In this document: positions 31,177 through 40,733 of the stretch, piece by piece
How positions within the stretch are numbered: the stretch's first letter is position 1
Layout: each line of letters begins with the position of its first letter
Source: Promethearchaeota archaeon
GTDB lineage: Archaea; Asgardarchaeota; Lokiarchaeia; Sigyniarchaeales; SOKP01
DNA length: 64,000 nucleotides
Assembly (NCBI GenBank): GCA_030599585.1
Contig: JAUVNS010000005.1
Coordinates: 256,001 to 320,000, forward strand
Direction: 5' to 3'
Notes under the pieces: model-generated
What the model saw: the letters and a program-made list of their open reading frames with translations, nothing else
Database searches by the model: none
Told to the model about the DNA's origin: nothing
Made by a program: the position numbers and the translations under genes

Positions 31177-32328
31177 CTATACCTCCAGTTTTTTAAATTT
31201 ATAACCAATGTAGGCAATAGTAAGAAAGACAAAAGAAATCATTAGCATAAAAAACACGTGTTCTAAATTTAATGGTAATCCTCTTAGAGTGATATCAGTA
31301 ATCAATACTGAAGCATGACTTAATGGTAAAACATCAGCTAGGAATTTTGCTCCACCTAAAGACTCTGCGGGTAATAGTGTTCCTGAGAAAATAATAATCA
31401 CGATAAACATCATTAGATACATCTGATTAGCTCCCTGTTCAGTTGGACTAATAGCTGAAATAAATAAACCAATAGCAACTCCACAAAACCCAATCAATAT
31501 TAAAACTAGATAGAAATCAAAGAGTGAGCCTAAACTATACAAACCAAAAAATGATGTAAGGATAAATATTTCTGTGGCCTGCATAATCATTATTACTGTG
31601 TTTGCTATTAGTTTACTCAAAATTATATCTCTCTTTGCTGTTGGAGTTATAAGCATTCTCGGTAGTGGACCCTCTGAAACAATAGATAAAGATGTAAGAT
31701 TCATAGTAGTTCCTACAATAATTATTGGCAAAATTAGAGCTAATGCATAATTTAATAATTGAGATTCCCACGAGGGTACGCCAAATTCCAGATGAGGGAT
31801 CATAATAGTAAAATTTTCTATCATGTTAATTTCCATCCTAAATAAAGCGAGCGGTTCCTGGATTGCAACTTCTATCGCACCAACAGCGCTAGAATCAGAA
31901 CCATCGATGTAATAGATTAACACGGGATTGGAATTATTTGCGATCGACTCTGAAAAATTTTGTGGAAGTATGATGAAAACATCTATGAGCTCATTTTTTA
32001 ACAAATATATGCAGCGATTAAAAGCCTGGTAATATTCTCCAATATTCGTGGAATTAAACTGGTTATAGAGGTCCCATGTTGTCGAATTTTTCTCCATTAT
32101 CGAGATAAAAATGTTATCATATTCGGTAGAATTTGAAGGAAAATCATCGAAGGTAGGCATTTCATCACGGGTTATGATTGCCGCTGTAAAAAATTTAGTA
32201 GGACCGACACCAGTAGTTAGCCCAAAAATTATAATTAACAGCATTGGGATTGTGAACAATAGTATTAAAGTCCTCTTATCAGATTTAATCCTATTAAATT
32301 CTTTTTGAATTAGACTGCTTATAGTCAT
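31177..32328 (-). CDS. ABC-2 type permease
   Basis: KEFNRIKSDKR N-terminus, large extracellular loop, RMLITP, LPLSH. Confidence 0.9.
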   Translation of the reverse strand: MTISSLIQKEFNRIKSDKRTLILLFTIPMLLIIIFGLTTGVGPTKFFTAAIITRDEMPTFDDFPSNSTEYDNIFISIMEKNSTTWDLYNQFNSTNIGEYYQAFNRCIYLLKNELIDVFIILPQNFSESIANNSNPVLIYYIDGSDSSAVGAIEVAIQEPLALFRMEINMIENFTIMIPHLEFGVPSWESQLLNYALALILPIIIVGTTMNLTSLSIVSEGPLPRMLITPTAKRDIILSKLIANTVIMIMQATEIFILTSFFGLYSLGSLFDFYLVLILIGFCGVAIGLFISAISPTEQGANQMYLMMFIVIIIFSGTLLPAESLGGAKFLADVLPLSHASVLITDITLRGLPLNLEHVFFMLMISFVFLTIAYIGYKFKKLEV

Positions 32329-32442
32329 TAAACTATGCTCTCACGTGAGATTCTTTATGAATTGAACATAAAGATTTGATAACTAATTAAAAGATATATA
32401 GACTACTTTTATAAAAAACTTATTACCTTAATTGTCAATAAT

Positions 32443-33000
32443 TCAAATTTTAGGAGAAATTTCAAGAAGAGCATGCTCAGTTTTATGCGAAAAGTCATTC
32501 ATACTTAAAATCAGCCTTCTTCTTTTATCTTTTAGAATGAATTTTCGAAAGGTTTCATTGTTTTCGTCAATAAATTCCCAAAACTCATCGTATATTTCCT
32601 TTAAAGTCATTTTAGAATTAGTCTCAGCTTTTATGTCAACATATTTCTTATCTTTATCAATATCTGGCTTTCTTGGTCTAGTTTTAGATTTTTTCTTATG
32701 TAACACATTGGATTTATAGAGATCTAAACTGTTTACAAAGTGGTTATTAGAATCAAACTTATTTTGCTTATCGTTCTTGTCGTGGTTCAATTGGAAATCT
32801 ACTTTTTGGTATCCCCTTATCGCAAAATTTTTGTCTAAAAACAATTGAAAATGGTGCGGACAAATTTTACCTTTTGGTACTGATACAGTAGTTAGTTGTG
32901 TTGCATTATTTATTACTGATTTAGGAATTTGTATAACATCTTTCGACTTACAGACAGGACAAATAACTTGAACGTATCTATTGGTTGTTATAACTTCCAT
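32443..33000 (-). CDS. hypothetical Zn-binding protein
   Basis: CPVC...CPHHFQLFLDKNFAIRGYQKVD. Confidence 0.65.
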   Translation of the reverse strand: MEVITTNRYVQVICPVCKSKDVIQIPKSVINNATQLTTVSVPKGKICPHHFQLFLDKNFAIRGYQKVDFQLNHDKNDKQNKFDSNNHFVNSLDLYKSNVLHKKKSKTRPRKPDIDKDKKYVDIKAETNSKMTLKEIYDEFWEFIDENNETFRKFILKDKRRRLILSMNDFSHKTEHALLEISPKI

Positions 33001-33169
33001 ACAATTTTAAAAAAAAATGCATTAATTTTTTCGTCTTACCATTTATTTATATCTTAGAATATAAATACCCCTAATTTTGAAATTAATATAGTCTCGACCT
33101 TCAAAACTAAATTTTAAGTTAAATAAATTATAATCTCTATTATATTCTCTATAAAGGGACAAATTAATT

Positions 33170-34582
33170 ATGAATGGTCAAATAACTGATTTGGATGTTT
33201 TTTTTAACCCTAAATCCATTGCTATTATTGGTGCTTCAGATACTTTCAAATTTGGTTATACTATGACAAATTATTTATTAAATTCGAATTTTAAAACATA
33301 TCCTGTAAATATTAATAAAGATATTATTTTTGGTCATACCGTGTTCAAAAATATTAATGATATCCCAGCTGATATCGAATTGGCAATTGTTGTAGTAAAG
33401 AATGAACATGTGCTTCAAATAGTTAAGGATTCTGTCAAAAAAGGAGTTAAAGGGATAATTATCGAAACTGCGGGCTTTGCTGAAACGGGTATCGAAAAAT
33501 TTGTTAAAATGCAAGAAAAAATAGAGGTAATTGCTAAAAACTCGAATGTAAGAATAATTGGTCCTAATTGTGTGGGAGTTACTAATTTTGACAACAAATT
33601 TACAACCACAGAAATAGATTTTGATCAATCTATAGAAGGGGGCACTATTTCAATTATCGCTCAGTCAGGTGTATTAGGAAATATATTTGTTGAATGGTCA
33701 GCAAGTCAGAAAATTGGTTTTTCGAAAACGATAACACTTGGTAATAAAGTAGATGTTGATGAGATTGATATGCTGGAATATCTAGATAAAGATACGAACA
33801 CTAATGTAATAACAGTTTATTTAGAGGGGGTGAAAAGAGGCCCAAAGTTAATAGAAACACTAAAAAAATTAACTAAACCTGTTTTGATTCTAAAAAATGG
33901 TCGTAGCGAAATTGGTTCTAGAGCGATAAAGAGTCACACTGGCTCTATCGCTGGAGACGATAAAATTTACGATACAATTTTCAAACAGCATCCCGGTATT
34001 TATCGCGTAAATAATTTTTACGAAATGTTTAATATCGCTCAAGTGTTTGCTACTCAACCCTTACCGAAAGGAAAGAACATCGCAATAATTACATCTTCAG
34101 GAAGTTTAGGTATATTAGCTTGCGACGAAATTGAAAGGCTAGGTCTAAAACTTGCGGTTTTAAATGAGGCTACCATTCAAGAGATGAAATCTATCGCCCC
34201 AAATTGGACTTCTTTGAAGAATCCTGTCGACTTGGGGCCTTCATTATTTATGACTTTTAGTAAATCGTTAAAAGCGATACTAAACGATGAACATGTAGAT
34301 GCCTTATTACACATATTCGCTGTCCCTCAAAAACCTCTAGAGACCTTTTCTATACCCATAACACCACACTTGAGGGAAATGAAAAATCTTTCGACCAAGC
34401 TGAATAAACCTGTTATTACTTGCGTTTTTGGTTCCCGTTGGGTTCTTGAATACTTTTTAAAACATTCGTATAAATATAAAATTCCAATAATGACTCAAAT
34501 AAGCCACGCAATAAAGGCGTTTAAATTTATGTATGATTTTAGTAAATCAAATAAAAATCTGAATAAAGATATCGAAACTTAA
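33170..34582 (+). CDS. acyl-CoA synthetase (NDP-forming) alpha-subunit family
   Basis: PKSIAIIGAS, IIGPNCVG, QSG, SHTGS, NPVDL. Confidence 0.9.
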   Translation: MNGQITDLDVFFNPKSIAIIGASDTFKFGYTMTNYLLNSNFKTYPVNINKDIIFGHTVFKNINDIPADIELAIVVVKNEHVLQIVKDSVKKGVKGIIIETAGFAETGIEKFVKMQEKIEVIAKNSNVRIIGPNCVGVTNFDNKFTTTEIDFDQSIEGGTISIIAQSGVLGNIFVEWSASQKIGFSKTITLGNKVDVDEIDMLEYLDKDTNTNVITVYLEGVKRGPKLIETLKKLTKPVLILKNGRSEIGSRAIKSHTGSIAGDDKIYDTIFKQHPGIYRVNNFYEMFNIAQVFATQPLPKGKNIAIITSSGSLGILACDEIERLGLKLAVLNEATIQEMKSIAPNWTSLKNPVDLGPSLFMTFSKSLKAILNDEHVDALLHIFAVPQKPLETFSIPITPHLREMKNLSTKLNKPVITCVFGSRWVLEYFLKHSYKYKIPIMTQISHAIKAFKFMYDFSKSNKNLNKDIET

Positions 34583-34689
34583 CGGTTAAAATTAATCTAA
34601 AAATTGGACTCCATTTTTTTTATAATCGACTTCAGACTTCTTTTAATTAAAATATAAGTAATAAAAATGAATGAGAGAAGTGATTATAA

Positions 34690-35223
34690 ATGGTTGATTG
34701 GAGACAAATAGCAGATCAAGCCCTATTATATTGGCAAGAGTTTATAACTTGGTTTTTGGCTTTACCCATCTACTCTCAAGTTTTCGTAATAATGGCAGCA
34801 GTTGGTGTGATAATCCTATCGGTAGTCATTGTATACTATACTCTTAAAGGTGTGGCTTATTTAGTTTATTACATCCTAAAAGGAGTATATCTTTTACTAA
34901 AAGGAATATTCACTGGTCTTTATAAGCTTTTTGAGGAAATTTATTATGAGGTTTCTGGTAAACCTAAACCTATTAAGGAATCCTCTGATAAAGAATGTTA
35001 TGGACAATCAGAAGCACCCCAACAATCTTACGAGGAACAAGAGATTATTAAACCAATGCAGAAAGAAATTCAAATTGTACAACCTAATGCTGTGTTTTGT
35101 AGTGAGTGTGGAAGTCAATATACCGAGAGAATGATTGAACAATTAAGTGAAAATGGAACTGCTTATTGTGTGTTTTGTGGAAAAGGATACAAATCTATTA
35201 AAGTTGAAGTAGAACAATACTAA
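34690..35223 (+). CDS. membrane-anchored zinc-ribbon hypothetical protein
   Basis: N-terminal TM; CSECG...CVFCG. Confidence 0.65.
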   Translation: MVDWRQIADQALLYWQEFITWFLALPIYSQVFVIMAAVGVIILSVVIVYYTLKGVAYLVYYILKGVYLLLKGIFTGLYKLFEEIYYEVSGKPKPIKESSDKECYGQSEAPQQSYEEQEIIKPMQKEIQIVQPNAVFCSECGSQYTERMIEQLSENGTAYCVFCGKGYKSIKVEVEQY

Positions 35224-35391
35224 TTTTTTTTCTTTTTTTTTAATCTTTTTTTTACTGTAGGTTTTCTGAAAGTAACTTTTATGACTGTTTGTAGACTATA
35301 TCTGATGATTAATTTTAAATATTGTTAAGACAATGAAGTAGTTACCGAATTTCGTTATTTATATTGAAATAATATTAAAATTTGATAAAAA

Positions 35392-37122
35392 ATGACAAAT
35401 GAAAATACCAAAAAGAGTCCATATTCGGAAAAAATATGGCTTAAATCTTACGATGCTCATGTAAAACCAAACATTGATCTAGAGTATTATTCTGTAGCAG
35501 AAATGATGAAACGTACGGTTAAGAAATACCCCAATAGTTTATGCTACGATTTTCAAGGTTCTTGTGCGACTTTTAAAGAAGCAGAAAAATATATTAACAG
35601 TTTTGCTAATTTTCTTATTGATAATGGCGTGAAAAAAGGAGAACGTGTAGTAATAAATCTACCAAATCTTCCCCAATTTATCATAGCGTTATTTGGAACG
35701 TTTTACGCAGGATGTGCTGCGTCAGGGATGAACTTTTTATTACAACCAAATGAAATAAGGTACCAGTTAAAAGACAGTGGAGCGGTTGCAATAATTACTT
35801 TAGACTCTTTTTACGAAGAGAAAGTAAGGGAGGCGCTCAAGACTGGGGACACAGATGTAAAAATTGTGATTACAACTAATGTAGCTGATGTTTTGGATTT
35901 GGAACCTGCTATGAAAGAACAATTAATTAAAATAGGAAAAATCCCACATGGAAAAGTTGAACCAATTAATAGCATCAAATATTTTAACTATAAAGATATT
36001 GTAGAGAAATATCCAAACGATCAATCGCCTAATGTTGAAATAGGTCCTGAAGATCTTTTATTACTTCAATACACTGGTGGAACGACTGGTCCTCCAAAAG
36101 GGGCAATACTAACTCATCGAAATTTAATACATATAATGCAAATAGTAGCTCATTGGTTTGAACCTGGTTCTAATCCCGGTAAAGACATTTACATGTCTGG
36201 GTTTCCTTTTTTCCATTTGGCGGGTTTACAATTTTGCCTTCAGAGTGCTTTTATGGGTTCCACTCAAATTTTAGTTCCTGATCCACGAGATACAAATTAT
36301 ATGACTGGTAAAATGAAAGACTATGAAGGAAAGATTGCACTAATGTATAACGTTCCAACTCTTTATATGATGCTTTTAAAAAATCGGAAATTTAAAAAAT
36401 TAGATTTAAGCTCTGTGATTGGCTATATCTCTGGTGCAGCTCCTTTCCCTACTAAAAATATAAATGAATTTGAAGATGTTGTAGGTCGAGGGAAACTTGT
36501 AGAAGCTTATGGAATGACCGAGGCCTCTCCCGGAGTAACTATGAACCCCTATCTCGGAGAGAAGAAAGTTGGAACTGTGGGAGTTCCATTTCCTAACACG
36601 GAAGTAAAATTAGTAGATGTTACAGACCGAAATAAGGAAGTTCCTATAGAGACACCGGGTGAGATTGCTATTAGAGGCCCTCAAATATTCAAAGGGTATT
36701 GGAATAAACCAAAAGAAACTGAAAATGCACTTGTCGACGGTTGGTTTTATTCTGGTGATGTTGGTGTGATGGATAAGGATGGATATATTACTATCGTTGA
36801 CCGTACAAAAGATATGATAATTGTCAGCGGATTTAAAGTATTTAGCGTTGAAGTTGACGATAAGATGAATAAACATCCTGCAATTGAGTTATGTTCAACT
36901 GTTGGAATCCCTGACTCAGATCGTCCCGGTTCAGAAATAGTTAAATTGTATGTGCTGCTTAAGGAAGGTTACCAAGCCTCAGAAGAAGTTAAAGCAGATA
37001 TTTTAAAATTTGCGCAAGACAATTTAGCAAAATATAAAGTCCCTAAATTCATTGAATTTCTCGATCAATTACCATTAACAACAATAGGCAAAGTCGATAA
37101 AAAAGCTTTAAGAAAGATGTAA
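35392..37122 (+). CDS. long-chain fatty acid--CoA ligase
   Basis: QYTGGTTGPPKG, EAYGMTE, SGD, GKVDKKALR. Confidence 0.93.
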   Translation: MTNENTKKSPYSEKIWLKSYDAHVKPNIDLEYYSVAEMMKRTVKKYPNSLCYDFQGSCATFKEAEKYINSFANFLIDNGVKKGERVVINLPNLPQFIIALFGTFYAGCAASGMNFLLQPNEIRYQLKDSGAVAIITLDSFYEEKVREALKTGDTDVKIVITTNVADVLDLEPAMKEQLIKIGKIPHGKVEPINSIKYFNYKDIVEKYPNDQSPNVEIGPEDLLLLQYTGGTTGPPKGAILTHRNLIHIMQIVAHWFEPGSNPGKDIYMSGFPFFHLAGLQFCLQSAFMGSTQILVPDPRDTNYMTGKMKDYEGKIALMYNVPTLYMMLLKNRKFKKLDLSSVIGYISGAAPFPTKNINEFEDVVGRGKLVEAYGMTEASPGVTMNPYLGEKKVGTVGVPFPNTEVKLVDVTDRNKEVPIETPGEIAIRGPQIFKGYWNKPKETENALVDGWFYSGDVGVMDKDGYITIVDRTKDMIIVSGFKVFSVEVDDKMNKHPAIELCSTVGIPDSDRPGSEIVKLYVLLKEGYQASEEVKADILKFAQDNLAKYKVPKFIEFLDQLPLTTIGKVDKKALRKM

Positions 37123-37161
37123 ATTCCTTTTTTTTATTTTATTTTTCAATCAATCAGTATT

Positions 37162-38046
37162 TTAATCTAGTTTTTTTTCGTAAAGAACAACCGCTACGGG
37201 TTCGTCTTCCCAAGAGGGATCCTTAAACCCTAATTCTTTTACATACTTTACTGCTTCAGCCTTACAGTAAAGCTCAACTAAATCGATTTCATTTTTATCA
37301 ATTTCGAAGTTTAATGTATAAGATATTAATTTACAAGCGGCTAATGGATCACCGTAAACTATAATCCATAATTCATTTTCCCTAGGATTTTCCGGTTGAG
37401 CATGGCTCTTAATATCTATTTTTTGTAGTATTGCTTCAGAATTAGTTAACCATACAGCGTTTTTGTCTTCTAAACTTGATAGTGGAATATACGACCACCC
37501 GATATTCAATTCATCTCCAGGGCCAATATCCATTTTTTTATATTTACTTTTTGCTTCTTTGTTAGTTATTTTCCGAATTTGAGAAAAATCGCTTAAGTTC
37601 AGTTTTAACTTACTTATCTTACATTCTAAGACTTCCATCCTTTTTTTCTCGTTAAATCCGTGAAATTTTGCTAAAGCTTTAGAACCAAAATTACTAGAAG
37701 ATGTATCGTACTGAGCGACCTTGGCGCCTACTTGAATTGCATAATCAATAGCATATTTCATTAAATCACGTCCAATTCCTTGCTTTTGATGAGTTATCTT
37801 CACTCGACCCCCCTCTAACCACGCTATTCCATTAGGAAACATTTTTACTCTTCCAAGCCCAATTAATTCTTTCATTTCTTCTTCAAGAAAAGCACCGTAA
37901 GCCAAGTTGCCTTTTTCATTTAACCATCTCTCTATAACATCAGGGATGTAATCATCACCTTCCCATATGTCTTTACTGATGTCTAAAATTGCTGGTATAT
38001 CTTTTTTTGTTAAATCTCGGAAATATAATTTCATAATTTCAACCAA
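37162..38046 (-). CDS. GNAT family acetyltransferase
   Basis: WEGDDYIP, WLEGGRV...QKQGIG. Confidence 0.85.
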   Translation of the reverse strand: MVEIMKLYFRDLTKKDIPAILDISKDIWEGDDYIPDVIERWLNEKGNLAYGAFLEEEMKELIGLGRVKMFPNGIAWLEGGRVKITHQKQGIGRDLMKYAIDYAIQVGAKVAQYDTSSSNFGSKALAKFHGFNEKKRMEVLECKISKLKLNLSDFSQIRKITNKEAKSKYKKMDIGPGDELNIGWSYIPLSSLEDKNAVWLTNSEAILQKIDIKSHAQPENPRENELWIIVYGDPLAACKLISYTLNFEIDKNEIDLVELYCKAEAVKYVKELGFKDPSWEDEPVAVVLYEKKLD

Positions 38047-38086
38047 TAATAAATAACCTAATTATAGAAACAATAATCAGAGAATA

Positions 38087-38713
38087 TTAAGAAAGTTTTT
38101 TGTAAAGATTGTAATATAAAATAAATACTAAACAAGTATGAACTATCACACAAGCAAATATTCCGAGTGTAATAAGAAGATATCCGTTATAGAGTGCTAA
38201 AAGAAATGAGGATATGAGATAAGATATCAAGATTTTTAAATTTTTGAATTTAAACCAGATATGTAAATGATAGAGAGAAAAAATTACGCTCGAAATTAAA
38301 ATCGCTAAGAATAACCCTAATTTTAGCTGGTATAATAAAACTCCTATGAGATAATAACGAAAGATAAATTCTTCCATTATCATAGTCAGAGGAAAAAACA
38401 CAAATAAGATGTTTTTACCATTTTTATTCAATAGAGCATTAATTACCTCGTGATGTTTCATAGTTTCTTTGCTTGTTCCTTTGTACATAAAAAATTCCAT
38501 CACTTTTCCTAAAACCAAAAGGAATACAAATCCTATTAGTAAAAATGCCAGAGTAAAAAGAGAAAAATCATTGACGATGAGAAATTCAGTGTAAATGCCA
38601 AAAAATAATGGAACTATTAATAATATTACTGCAAAGGTAATAGTTAGATATTTTTTACTCAATTCCAATTTTCTAATGCCATAAGTAATTATTATATATT
38701 GGAAGCTTCCCAT
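38087..38713 (-). CDS. CPBP/CAAX-type intramembrane protease
   Basis: EEFIFR, FSLYH, distal His; multiple TM helices. Confidence 0.85.
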   Translation of the reverse strand: MGSFQYIIITYGIRKLELSKKYLTITFAVILLIVPLFFGIYTEFLIVNDFSLFTLAFLLIGFVFLLVLGKVMEFFMYKGTSKETMKHHEVINALLNKNGKNILFVFFPLTMIMEEFIFRYYLIGVLLYQLKLGLFLAILISSVIFSLYHLHIWFKFKNLKILISYLISSFLLALYNGYLLITLGIFACVIVHTCLVFILYYNLYKKLS

Positions 38714-38751
38714 TATATATTATTTTAATCCATAAAAAAAGGATTTGAAGC

Positions 38752-40269
38752 TTGCCAGAATTGTATCAAAAACTTGAAAAGATTGTATCAAAAAATTGCA
38801 TTTCAGATAATCTATATGTAAGACACGCTTATTCGAGGACTGTAGATCCTGTATTACAAGGTGTTCCAGATATCGTTATAAGACCAAAGGACGCTCAAGA
38901 AATTTCTGAAATTCTTAAGGTTGCAAACGAGGAAGATATAGCTGTGATACCTCGTGGAGGTGGTGACTGTGAATTCGGGGGCAGTAAACCCATTGGTGAC
39001 AGTGGAATTGTCTTGGACTTAAAGCGAATGAACAATGTAATTAATCTAGACCAAGAAAATCTTATTGTTACCATCGAGGCAGGTATTTCCTGGGGAAAAT
39101 TGAACAATTATTTATGCAATTTTGGATTATATACTGGGTGCTTAGGTCCTGGATCCGGACTGACAGCTTCTGTTGGAGGTGGTATCTCTCATCAATCAGT
39201 TGGTGGCGGGGGATGTGCTAAATATGGATCATGTACGAATCAATTAGTTTCTTTAGAGGTCGTTCTACCTACTGGGGAGATAATTGAAACAGGTTCACGA
39301 GCAAACAAATATTCAAAATTGCCGTTTAATAGATTCGGAAACGGTCCTGACTTTGCAAGCCTTTTTTGTGGTGATAACGGAATTTTTGGTGTGAAAACCC
39401 AAGCGTCATTACAAATTTTTCCAAAACCTCCATTTGCAGATTACAAAACATTTCTCATGCCTCGAAAATCTGAAGAAATATCAGCAAAAATTTTTACTGA
39501 ATTTAGGCGCAAAGGGATTGATGTTTACGATTCGATGTATTTTATGGATTTATTAGTAAGGGTAGGCACAGAAAAAGGAATTTTTCCTTTATGGGAAAAC
39601 TTAAAGAGAAAAAGAGGTACAATGTTTTACACCGTAGAAGCTAACACAGAAATAGAACTAGAAGAGAAAGTTAAACAGTTAGACAAAATTTTTCTCCAAA
39701 ATAAAGCAGAAGAATTAGGTCCAGAAATTGCTGATGGGAACATAGGGAAATGGCACTACGAAGAACAAGGACACTGGTTAATTGCACATAATTTATGGGG
39801 GTTAGTCCCTGGCTTTACAGCATTAGATGCAGAATGCCACACGCCAATTACCGCCTATCCCGGAATTTTAAAAGATGTAGACCTTTGGGATTTTGAACAC
39901 ACTAAAGAAATGGAACAAATTTTAGGTGTATCAGGAATGCGACCAATTTCTGGAGCAGGACCCATTATACTAATTGGAGATCACAACGTTGAGTTAACAA
40001 CTGGATTTACAAGCTTCGAAAGCTATATTGATGGAACAAATTACGAATTTCTTAAAGAATTAAACATCAAACTTTGGAAATCGCTACTCGAAAGAATAAC
40101 TAAACACGGAGTAACATGGTACATGGTAGGAGATATCCTAAGTAGGCTATTAGCCGAAATTGGAGCGTTTCAGCCGGAGTACTTACAATTCTTGAAATCA
40201 ATTAAAAAAACACTTGATCCGCGTTTTATTTTAAGTAGAGGAAAGTTTAATTTTTGGGGAGAAAAATAA
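38752..40269 (+). CDS. FAD-binding oxidoreductase (GlcD-like), paralog 1
   Basis: PRGGG, EAGISW, LEVVLPTGEI. Confidence 0.88.
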   Translation: MPELYQKLEKIVSKNCISDNLYVRHAYSRTVDPVLQGVPDIVIRPKDAQEISEILKVANEEDIAVIPRGGGDCEFGGSKPIGDSGIVLDLKRMNNVINLDQENLIVTIEAGISWGKLNNYLCNFGLYTGCLGPGSGLTASVGGGISHQSVGGGGCAKYGSCTNQLVSLEVVLPTGEIIETGSRANKYSKLPFNRFGNGPDFASLFCGDNGIFGVKTQASLQIFPKPPFADYKTFLMPRKSEEISAKIFTEFRRKGIDVYDSMYFMDLLVRVGTEKGIFPLWENLKRKRGTMFYTVEANTEIELEEKVKQLDKIFLQNKAEELGPEIADGNIGKWHYEEQGHWLIAHNLWGLVPGFTALDAECHTPITAYPGILKDVDLWDFEHTKEMEQILGVSGMRPISGAGPIILIGDHNVELTTGFTSFESYIDGTNYEFLKELNIKLWKSLLERITKHGVTWYMVGDILSRLLAEIGAFQPEYLQFLKSIKKTLDPRFILSRGKFNFWGEK

Positions 40270-40303
40270 AAAGCAAACATTATTAGAAAAAGAAGTAAAA
40301 AAT

Positions 40304-40615
40304 ATGTTTAGTAAAAGGATTTATCTTGAAAATAACGTGGGGAATATAGTTAAAGTGAAAGGTAGAATTTCTAATGTAATCTGGCAACATATGACGGCTC
40401 TTATTGATTCTCATCCACACATGAATTATTTCGACTTAGCTGATAGTTATCAAATTATAGTTTATACTAAGGACCAGATTTCTTGTGAAGATCAGATCGA
40501 AATAACTGGGGAGGTCACGAAGCTAGAGAGTGATTACAACAATCCTGAAGTTAAAATTAGCGATAAATTTGCTGAATATCATATAATTGCAGATTCTTGG
40601 AAATGTATTGATTAA
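40304..40615 (+). CDS. small hypothetical protein (OB-fold-like)
   Basis: VKVKGRI...IEITGEV strand pattern. Confidence 0.55.
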   Translation: MFSKRIYLENNVGNIVKVKGRISNVIWQHMTALIDSHPHMNYFDLADSYQIIVYTKDQISCEDQIEITGEVTKLESDYNNPEVKISDKFAEYHIIADSWKCID

Positions 40616-40733
40616 AAAATAAGAAAGTTTGAAAATAAATAAAATAATGATAAATAACACAATTAGAATACATTTAAGTAATTTATAGAGTCTATTATAA
40701 AATAATTTTATTAAATTAAGAGGTTTAAGAAAA

